A stretch of DNA of 64,000 nt, from NCBI GenBank assembly GCA_049706655.1, contig JBNAKM010000003.1:121587-185586 (forward strand). Reading direction: 5' to 3'. Positions within the stretch are counted from its first letter, which is position 1. Each line of letters opens with the position of its first letter. The position numbers were made by a program, and so were the translations under genes. The notes beneath the pieces were generated by a model that worked only from the letters and a program-made list of their open reading frames with translations, searched no databases and had not been told where the DNA came from. Shown here one piece after another: positions 56,092-64,000 of this stretch. Source of the DNA: Methanobacterium sp. GTDB lineage: Archaea; Methanobacteriota; Methanobacteria; Methanobacteriales; Methanobacteriaceae.

Positions 56092-57261
56092 ATGAGAATA
56101 GGACGTGTTAAGATTAATATTCTTTTAGTATCCCCATATTTCTATCCTGAAGTAGGTGGAGCAGAAAATTATGTTTATAATATTTCAAAAAGACTTGTAG
56201 AAATGGGTCATAAGGTTACAGTTTTATGCAGTCATGAAAGAGGTCAGGATGAAATAATAGATGGAATCCAAGTAATCAGGTTAAAAATTAGCTTTAAGAT
56301 ATCAAGAACTCCAATTAGTGTAGGACTTTTAAATTCAATGCAAAAGTTAATTAAAAAAAATAATTTTGATATTATAAATATAAATCTTTCAGTACCTTTT
56401 TTCCCAGAAATTGCAGTATTAATAGGTAAAATAAATAAAATTCCATGTGTTTTAACTTATCATAACGATATAATAAGAGACGATTCTGTCATGAAGTTAA
56501 TAACGACAGTTTATAATAGCACATTAAATAAAGTCCTTTTAAATTCAGTTGATTTGATAATAACTCCTTCCCCTTTTTGTTATAATGAATCTGAATTTCT
56601 AAAGCCATTTAAAGATAAGTTAATATGGATACCTCCAGGAGTAGATATTGAAAAATATAGTAATAGCTCTTTAAATATTCGCAATAACCATAATATTCCT
56701 GAAAATTCGGATATAATACTATTTGTAGGGGTTATAAGTAAATCACACTCTCATAAAGGTGTTGATTATTTGATTAATGCTTTTAAAGAAGTTCTAGAAG
56801 AGACACAAGATGTTTATCTTGTTTTAGTTGGAGAAGGAAATTTAGTTCCAGAATATAAAAAAATGGCTCAAAATCTTGGAATTTCTAATAATGTTATTTT
56901 CGCTGGATTTGTATCTGAAGATGAATTAATAGGATATTATAATAGCTCTAACATGGTTGTCTTACCTTCGACTACTGTTCAAGAAGGTTTTGGAATGGTA
57001 TTAATTGAAGGAAATGCATGTAGAAAGCCAGTTATTGGTTCTGAAATAGGTGGAATACAGTATGTTATTGAGAATGGTAAAACCGGCTTGCTTGTGCCTC
57101 CTAAAAACTCACATGCATTAGCTAAATCAATTATCGAAATTTTAAATAATAAAAATCTCTCTAAAAAAATGGGAAATGCTGGAAGAAAACTTGTAGAAGA
57201 TAAATATACCTGGAATAAGGCGGCTAAAATGACCGAGGAAGCCTTTAAGGAGTTAATATGA
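56092..57261 (+). CDS. GT4 glycosyltransferase
   Basis: GGAENY, IPPGVD, HKGVDYL, EGFGMVLIEGNAC. Confidence 0.95.
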   Translation: MRIGRVKINILLVSPYFYPEVGGAENYVYNISKRLVEMGHKVTVLCSHERGQDEIIDGIQVIRLKISFKISRTPISVGLLNSMQKLIKKNNFDIININLSVPFFPEIAVLIGKINKIPCVLTYHNDIIRDDSVMKLITTVYNSTLNKVLLNSVDLIITPSPFCYNESEFLKPFKDKLIWIPPGVDIEKYSNSSLNIRNNHNIPENSDIILFVGVISKSHSHKGVDYLINAFKEVLEETQDVYLVLVGEGNLVPEYKKMAQNLGISNNVIFAGFVSEDELIGYYNSSNMVVLPSTTVQEGFGMVLIEGNACRKPVIGSEIGGIQYVIENGKTGLLVPPKNSHALAKSIIEILNNKNLSKKMGNAGRKLVEDKYTWNKAAKMTEEAFKELI

Positions 57262-58448
57262 AAATTTGTTTAATATCTAATCTTTATCCTCCATTTATAA
57301 TAGGTGGGGCAGAAGTAGTGATAGAAAAAATTGCAACTGAACTTGTAAAAAGAAAACATGAAGTTGTAGTCATTAGTACAAATCCAAATAGTGAAAAACA
57401 AATTGAAGAAAAAGATGGAGTTAAAATATATAGAATTAGTCCATTAAACTTTTATAATTTATATAATTATCAAGATCATAACGAAATTACAAGATTATTA
57501 TGGCATGGGGCAGATTTATGGAATCCTGATGCTTATTTTACTATTAAGAATATTTTGAAAAATGAAAAGCCAGATATTGTACATATTCATCACTTTAAAG
57601 GCTTATCAAGCTCTATATTTAGTGCAGTAAAAAATTTAGATTTACCATTAGTATTTACAGCTCATGATTGCTCTTTAATATGCCCACGAACTGCGTTATT
57701 ACATGCAAATGGAGATGTATGTACTGAAAAGAAGACATTATGCTCAATTTACAGTAAATTTCAAAAATATTCAATTAAAGATAAGGTAGATTGGTTTGTA
57801 GCTCCTTCCCAATTTTTAATAGATACATTAAGATTAGATGGGTTTTTTACAAATGTAAAAACTTCAAAGATTCCACTTGGAGTAGAGTTACATAACGAAC
57901 GAATAAATAAAGAATATGATACTATTGATATATTATTTGCTGGAAGTTTAAGCAAACATAAAGGAGTTCCTATATTAATTGAAGCTTTTAAAAGGTTAAA
58001 TAATGAAAATATAAGACTTCATATTTTGGGAAAAGGAAAAGATGAAAGTGAATTTAAAAAAATGGCAGAATCTGATAAAAGAATTATATTCCATGGATTT
58101 GTAAATGGAGAAAAACTTGAAAACTTTTATAAAAATGCAAATATTTCCATTTTACCTTCAATTTGTTATGATAATTCTCCAATGATGATTTATGAGAGTT
58201 TAGTAAATAGTACGCCGGTTATTGGAAGTAAAATTGGAGGAATCCCTGAATTAATCAAAGATAATTATAATGGATTCTTATTTAATAGTGAAAATATAGA
58301 TGAACTTGAAAATATACTTAAAAAACTGGTAGAAAATCAATCTCTCTTAAAAGAACTGGAAAAAAATGCATTTCAATCTGCTAAAAAATACAGTATAGAA
58401 AAACACATACAAGAACTTGAAAAGATATACATTGAGTTAATTAAATAA
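57258..58448 (+). CDS. GT4 glycosyltransferase (Cys-insert subtype)
   Basis: GGAEVV, TAHDCSLICP, HKGV, DNSPMMIYES, IGGIPE. Confidence 0.93.
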   Translation: MKICLISNLYPPFIIGGAEVVIEKIATELVKRKHEVVVISTNPNSEKQIEEKDGVKIYRISPLNFYNLYNYQDHNEITRLLWHGADLWNPDAYFTIKNILKNEKPDIVHIHHFKGLSSSIFSAVKNLDLPLVFTAHDCSLICPRTALLHANGDVCTEKKTLCSIYSKFQKYSIKDKVDWFVAPSQFLIDTLRLDGFFTNVKTSKIPLGVELHNERINKEYDTIDILFAGSLSKHKGVPILIEAFKRLNNENIRLHILGKGKDESEFKKMAESDKRIIFHGFVNGEKLENFYKNANISILPSICYDNSPMMIYESLVNSTPVIGSKIGGIPELIKDNYNGFLFNSENIDELENILKKLVENQSLLKELEKNAFQSAKKYSIEKHIQELEKIYIELIK

Positions 58449-58534
58449 ATTATTATAGTGTAATTACTAATTTAAGATAATAATTAAATAGTAACTCTTT
58501 TGAATTATGTGATCAGACATAGGATGGAAATTAC

Positions 58535-60652
58535 ATGCTCAACAATTTAAACATTCCCAATTTTAAAAGCTTAAAAATTAATCAATACTTTTTATTGGTT
58601 ATTTTAAGTCTTTTAGTGACTGATATTTTAATTATTTTAAATATTCCAGTTTTAAGGCCACTATTTACATTTACATTTTTCACATTTGTCCCTGGAATGT
58701 TAATTACCTATATTTTAAGATTAAATCAACTTGAATTCTCAAAAAAATTCGTTTTATCAATTGGTTTAAGTATTGCTTTACTATATTTTGTAGGTTTAGC
58801 ATTAAATAGTTTTATACCAACTTATTTGAAGCCTTTATCTTTATTTAATACACTTATATCAATAAACATTGTATTAATATTCCTTGCATTTTTAGCATAC
58901 AGATTAAATAAGGAAAAATTCAATATAACTACGTTTTTTAATTTTAAAATTAATTTAGAAGGTAAATTAAAGTTTCCATTATTGTTACCGCTTTTATTAC
59001 CTTTTTTAATGATTTTTGGGACATTCTTAATGAATAATGCAAATATCAATACACTTTTGATTGGGACATTGATATTTATACCTGTTTACCTTGTAATAAT
59101 CGCATATCTAAATGAAAGAGTACCCTCAGTTGTATATCCAATTTCAATTTTAATGATATCAGTTACTCTTCTTTTAATGGATGGTTTAAGTTCTTACCAT
59201 TTAATGGGAAGAGATATTCATAAAGAGTTCTATTGTTTCCAATTAACTTTAAATAGTTTTCACTGGGATATGAATTCATTTTATGACACTTTTAACGTTT
59301 GTTTAAGTGTTACAATACTTCCTACAATATATTATGTTTTATCAAATATTAATCCAGAATATATATTTAAGTTATTCTTTGCATTAATTGGTTCTATTTC
59401 TCCGTTGGTTCTTTTCATTATTTCAAAGAAATATATTGGATCAAAATATGCATTTTATGCTGCGTTGCTTTTCATGTTTCAAGCGTTTTTCATAGGTTCC
59501 CTAACTACTACAAAACAAGTGATAGCAATTTTTTTCTTTTTCCTGGTGATTTTTGTACTGTTTGAAACAGAAATCAAAGGAATAACCAAAAAAATATTAT
59601 TTATAATATTAATGCTTTCAATTGTCTTTTCTCATTATGCAGTTGCATATATAACTTTAGCAATAGTAGTGCCTATTTTATTAATTCCATTTTTAAAAGA
59701 GTTAATTACAAATAGAAAATTGAAATTTGAAAATTTTGATGTTATACTCCTTATTGCCATTTTTGTCTTTATTTGGTACCTTTTAGTAGCAAAAGTACAA
59801 TTAAATGCAGGAAGTGCAGTAGCAAGTACAGTTTTAAATACTGGTTCAGCACCTTCTTCATCTTTTGTTGCTGAAACAAAAGATAGCATGGTACTTGCAA
59901 TGTTAGGTATAGGATTAACTTCAATTCCTAATAAAATCAGTGCTTTTGTCCATGACATTGTATTTGCAGCTATATCATTTGGACTTTTAAGTATTATTTG
60001 GAGATTTAAATACTATGTAAATAAGATTGGATATGAATTTTTATTTGGAATAGGAATATCAGTTGTTTTCTTATTTTTAATGATTGTTGTTCCTAATCTT
60101 TCTATTCATTATGGAGCTGAAAGACTATTTATACAAGTATTAGCATTTTTAGCTATTGTTTTTGTAATAGGAATAATGAACATATCTAAACTCATTAAAA
60201 AACCTAAGTTAGATATTGCACTATTATTAATCATTTTAATTGCTTTGTTTTCGTGCAATACGTATTTACAATATCACTTTTTAGATGTTCCTCATTCTCC
60301 ATACTATGAACATGACGGAAATCTTAGAAATGAATATTATATTTATGATCAGGAATTAGCTGCAGCAAATTGGATAGTAGTATCTGGTCAAAATAATTCA
60401 ACTATCATGTCTGATTGGATTGCAAATTCTAGGTTTATTCAAAATTCAGTAAATCATCAAATTAATTTGAATATTTCCTTTTTTGGAGATAATACGACAT
60501 CAACTAACGGATATATTTATTTAGGATATGTTAATGTAAATAAAAGAATTGTTTACTTGTCTTATGATGACTTTAAGAATTTAGAGGACTATCGATTCGT
60601 TTTCAGTAATAAAAATAAGATATATGATAGTGGTGCGGAGGTTTACTTTTGA
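58535..60652 (+). CDS. Large polytopic membrane protein, DUF2206-like
   Basis: Many TM segments; FVPG, GRDIHKEFY, FSHY, RLF, NKIYDSG motifs; embedded in the glycosyltransferase cluster. Confidence 0.75.
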   Translation: MLNNLNIPNFKSLKINQYFLLVILSLLVTDILIILNIPVLRPLFTFTFFTFVPGMLITYILRLNQLEFSKKFVLSIGLSIALLYFVGLALNSFIPTYLKPLSLFNTLISINIVLIFLAFLAYRLNKEKFNITTFFNFKINLEGKLKFPLLLPLLLPFLMIFGTFLMNNANINTLLIGTLIFIPVYLVIIAYLNERVPSVVYPISILMISVTLLLMDGLSSYHLMGRDIHKEFYCFQLTLNSFHWDMNSFYDTFNVCLSVTILPTIYYVLSNINPEYIFKLFFALIGSISPLVLFIISKKYIGSKYAFYAALLFMFQAFFIGSLTTTKQVIAIFFFFLVIFVLFETEIKGITKKILFIILMLSIVFSHYAVAYITLAIVVPILLIPFLKELITNRKLKFENFDVILLIAIFVFIWYLLVAKVQLNAGSAVASTVLNTGSAPSSSFVAETKDSMVLAMLGIGLTSIPNKISAFVHDIVFAAISFGLLSIIWRFKYYVNKIGYEFLFGIGISVVFLFLMIVVPNLSIHYGAERLFIQVLAFLAIVFVIGIMNISKLIKKPKLDIALLLIILIALFSCNTYLQYHFLDVPHSPYYEHDGNLRNEYYIYDQELAAANWIVVSGQNNSTIMSDWIANSRFIQNSVNHQINLNISFFGDNTTSTNGYIYLGYVNVNKRIVYLSYDDFKNLEDYRFVFSNKNKIYDSGAEVYF

Positions 60653-61758
60653 CCAGAATTTTATTTATTCATAATACTGCAATGTGGTATAGACAACATT
60701 TTTTTAAAGAATTAAGTAATAATTATGATATTTATTTTGTTTTTACCCACATGCAAGCGTCAAAAGAGATATATGATGTTCAAATAGATAATGAAATTAG
60801 TAATTTAAAAAATGTAAATTATAAAGTGCTTAAAAATTACTGGGGCATTGCTTTTGGAATCATAAAGGAAGCATTAGGGAATTATGATGTAATAGTTGGA
60901 GGAAATTGGGATAATTTCCCTGAATTAGTTGAAACTATTTTTTATTTTACAATTGCTAAAATTAGAAAAAAGAAATTCATTTTATGGAGCGAAGAATGGG
61001 ATTGGAATAAAAAATCTTCAAAAAGAAAGTTAATTGATCCTATTATAAATCTTATTGTAAAAAATTCTAATTCCATTATTGTCCCGGGTACTAAACATAA
61101 AGAAAATTTCATAAACATGGGTGCATATGAAAATAAAATTTTTATAATGCCAAATGCATGTGCTTACGATTCATCTAGAGAAAGTAAAAATCAATTAAAC
61201 CATAAAACCATTGTATATGTAGGTCGACTGGTCGAACGTAAGGGAGTTCAATATTTAATAAAAGCATTTAAAAAATTAAAATCTGATTTTAATGATAGTA
61301 AGTTATTGATAGTTGGCGATGGAAATTATAGAACTGAGCTTGAAAAGCTTTCAGAAAAAATAGGTGTTGATGGAGTTTATTTTTGCGGTCAAGTTGATAA
61401 TAATGAATTAAAAAAGTACTATGAAATGTGTAATATATGTGTTATACCTTCAATAATTTGTGAAATGGGAGATCCATGGGTTTTTGTACTTAATGAAGCA
61501 ATGTACTATGGAATGCCAGTTGTTGCAACTGATGCAGTAGGTGCGGCTTTTGATATGATTAAAAATGGAAATAATGGATTTATTGTTCCCGAAAAAGATT
61601 CTGAAGCTCTTTGCGAATCAATAAAAGAAATACTATCTAATCCAGTTTTGGAAAAAAATATGGGCTATAAATCAAAAGAAATAATTAAAAATGAATTTAC
61701 TTACAAAAATATGATTAATGGCTTTAATTCTGCATTAAATTATGTGATAAACAAGTAA
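60649..61758 (+). CDS. GT4 glycosyltransferase
   Basis: YVGRLVERKG, DPWVFVLNEAMYYGMPVV; TTG start overlapping the upstream stop. Confidence 0.92.
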   Translation: MTRILFIHNTAMWYRQHFFKELSNNYDIYFVFTHMQASKEIYDVQIDNEISNLKNVNYKVLKNYWGIAFGIIKEALGNYDVIVGGNWDNFPELVETIFYFTIAKIRKKKFILWSEEWDWNKKSSKRKLIDPIINLIVKNSNSIIVPGTKHKENFINMGAYENKIFIMPNACAYDSSRESKNQLNHKTIVYVGRLVERKGVQYLIKAFKKLKSDFNDSKLLIVGDGNYRTELEKLSEKIGVDGVYFCGQVDNNELKKYYEMCNICVIPSIICEMGDPWVFVLNEAMYYGMPVVATDAVGAAFDMIKNGNNGFIVPEKDSEALCESIKEILSNPVLEKNMGYKSKEIIKNEFTYKNMINGFNSALNYVINK

Positions 61759-61774
61759 AATTAAAGGTGCTAAA

Positions 61775-62908
61775 ATGTCAAAGGTTATACTATCAAAAAG
61801 CTCTTTTCCTCCAATTTGTGGTGATGGAGCAAGATTATATCATATAATAACTAGATTCAAGGATAATTCAACAGTTTTAGTATTCAGTAGTCCGTATGGT
61901 AGTACTGAAGCAATAGAGAAAAATTATGGTAAAGTTGAAGTTATAAAAATATTTTTAGGAATAAGCAATTTATTCAAAAATGATGAAAATCTAAAACAGT
62001 TAAATAAAGAAGATTCACTGCTCATTTATGCTATGCAGCCTGATTTACTTTTATTAATACATAGTATAAAAAATGCCAAAAAAAATGGTACTCGAATAAT
62101 TGTAGATGTAGAAGATATGCCTACTTTTGCTAATAATTTTCCTTATAAATTATTTAATTTTTATATTAAAAAAAGATATAAGGATGTCCTTAAAATTGCG
62201 GATAAAGTAATATGTATCTCTGAATATTTAAAAAAGGAATTAATATCTGATTATAATATTGACAAAGATAAGATTGAGGTTATCCACAATGGTGTAGATA
62301 TGTCCTTTTTTAAAAGAAATGATAGAGCCCGGAAAACCTTAAGGGAAAAATATGGTATTAATGATGATGATATTGTTTTTATATATTCTGGGGCAATTGT
62401 TGACTGGTCTGGGGCAATATCTTGTTTAGATGCATTTAAGGAAGCTATAAATAAAAATCCAAAAATTAAAGTATTTTATATTGGGAATGGAGATATAGAT
62501 GACCTTAATAATAAAATCAAGGACTTACAAATAGAAGATAATGCTAAATATTTAGGTTATTTTGAATTTGAAAGAATGCCTGAACTCCTTTCTATTGGTG
62601 ACGTTGGTTTACTTCCCTTTGAAAAGGATCCCCTTACTGAAGCGGCATCTCCAATAAAAATTTTTGAATATATGAGTGTTGGAATGCCTGTAATTTCTAC
62701 AGATATGATGGGAACTAAAGAGGTAATAAAGGACTCTTATAATGGCATGCTTGTTAAAAATAATGCAGAATTTGTATCAGCACTTCTTAAAATATCAGAA
62801 GATAGAGCATTTTATCAGAAATTGAAAAATAATAGTTTTGAAACAGTTAAAGAGTATGATTGGGAGTTTTTAACCAAAAGATTTGAGGATTTAGTAGATA
62901 ATTCTTAA
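61775..62908 (+). CDS. GT4 glycosyltransferase
   Basis: IHNGVD, YSG, SPIKIFEYMSVGMPVI. Confidence 0.92.
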   Translation: MSKVILSKSSFPPICGDGARLYHIITRFKDNSTVLVFSSPYGSTEAIEKNYGKVEVIKIFLGISNLFKNDENLKQLNKEDSLLIYAMQPDLLLLIHSIKNAKKNGTRIIVDVEDMPTFANNFPYKLFNFYIKKRYKDVLKIADKVICISEYLKKELISDYNIDKDKIEVIHNGVDMSFFKRNDRARKTLREKYGINDDDIVFIYSGAIVDWSGAISCLDAFKEAINKNPKIKVFYIGNGDIDDLNNKIKDLQIEDNAKYLGYFEFERMPELLSIGDVGLLPFEKDPLTEAASPIKIFEYMSVGMPVISTDMMGTKEVIKDSYNGMLVKNNAEFVSALLKISEDRAFYQKLKNNSFETVKEYDWEFLTKRFEDLVDNS

Positions 62909-62921
62909 ATTATAATGTAAT

Positions 62922-64000
62922 TTAATTTTTTTGGAGGTTGCGTATTTTCAAAGATCCTTTTTCCATGAATTTTAATATTTCACCATCTTTAACCTTTCTT
63001 TTTGATTGTATTTCTTTTCTTTTATTAGTAGTATCACTCAAATGCTTAATATTCCAAATAACTGCTTTAATGAAATTTTTAAAATTACTGGAGTCCCTAT
63101 TTACAAATATTCCACTAAATGATAAAATAAATTCAATAGCTAATTTTAGGGGTAAATAGAATATTAAATTCTTCGTAGAATAGTATTTAATTAATATACG
63201 AATGGAATTTTTGAATAATAAAAAACTTACCAGATCTGACGGCTTTTTCTTAAATGATTTGTGTTGTTTATGGTAGCAGATAGAGTCGGGACAATAAGCT
63301 ACTTCATAACCTAATAATCGCGCATACCAGCTTACATCCACGTCATCATGAACTGCAAAAATAAGAGAATCTAAAAATTCATCTGGATCAGTCTTATTAA
63401 TAAATTCTACTGATATAAACATGCAAGTACCTAAAACATAAAAAAATCCTTCTTTTAGATTTTCATCGTATTTTCCAGTATCTTCTTCATCTGACCCTCT
63501 GCTTATTCCAAAGCCGTATTTATCTAAAATACCTCCGGTTGAATCTAAAATGCTATGATCTTCGTATTTGAGTAATTTAGCCTGGGATAGTGCAATTTTT
63601 TTATCATTTCCACAACTTAAAACCAGTTTATCTAAAAAGTATTTATCTACAGCAGTATCATTGTTTAAAAGCAATATATAATTGGGATTTAAATATTTAA
63701 GGGCAAATCTAATCCCTATATTATTTCCTTCAGCAAATCCATAATTTTCATGATTTCTAATAAACATAACATTTTTTGAGGGATTATAGTTATCATCTAT
63801 TACTTCATTTTCTTTATATTCAAAGTAATTTAGAGATTTTGACTCTTTATCGCAGTAATGTCTAATTTTTTCTACTGAATTGTCATGAGAACCGTTATCA
63901 ACTATAATTAAATCATAATTTGAGTAATTAATTTGTTCTAACGATTTCATGCATTCTATGGTATCTTCCCATCCATTCCAGTTAAGAACTATTATTGTAA
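62922..64000 (-). CDS. GT2 glycosyltransferase; start lies beyond the right window edge
   Basis: Frame continues past the track's ATG as TIIVLNWNGWEDTIEC; VDNGSHD, NYGFAEGNN, LLNNDT, DDVD. Confidence 0.93.
   Translation of the reverse strand, partial: TIIVLNWNGWEDTIECMKSLEQINYSNYDLIIVDNGSHDNSVEKIRHYCDKESKSLNYFEYKENEVIDDNYNPSKNVMFIRNHENYGFAEGNNIGIRFALKYLNPNYILLLNNDTAVDKYFLDKLVLSCGNDKKIALSQAKLLKYEDHSILDSTGGILDKYGFGISRGSDEEDTGKYDENLKEGFFYVLGTCMFISVEFINKTDPDEFLDSLIFAVHDDVDVSWYARLLGYEVAYCPDSICYHKQHKSFKKKPSDLVSFLLFKNSIRILIKYYSTKNLIFYLPLKLAIEFILSFSGIFVNRDSSNFKNFIKAVIWNIKHLSDTTNKRKEIQSKRKVKDGEILKFMEKGSLKIRNLQKN

Overview
AT-rich archaeal chromosomal segment. Gene content and order point to a methanogen of the order Methanobacteriales, most likely Methanobacterium (mtxX marker, cfbC, split PolB small subunit next to rps8e, FmdE, arfB/arfC). 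It is mostly housekeeping: tetrapyrrole and F430 genes (hemB, hemL, hemD, cobA, cbiC, cfbC), purine genes (purQ, purS, purF), translation genes (pheS, rps8e, rpl37e, srp19, Lsm, tRNA-Leu GAG), riboflavin and CoA genes and glmS. It also carries two membrane PAS sensor proteins and, at the right end, a surface-glycan cluster (galU, GT2, five GT4, a DUF2206-like membrane protein, GT2). I saw no CRISPR array, rRNA, transposase or integrase. The strongest leads are: (i) a response regulator whose unassigned C-terminal domain is also encoded as a stand-alone 79-aa protein just upstream (37/67 identical, ungapped, counted by hand); (ii) a three-gene HTH / DUF3467-like / wHTH islet between purS and glmS, with a perfect 9-1-9 inverted repeat in its divergent promoter; (iii) a PHP phosphatase whose metal motif is complete only if translation starts at an ATA codon; (iv) a 42-aa, 7-Cys desulforedoxin-like protein missed by the ORF track. 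All family calls come from motif recognition by eye; no database search was run.
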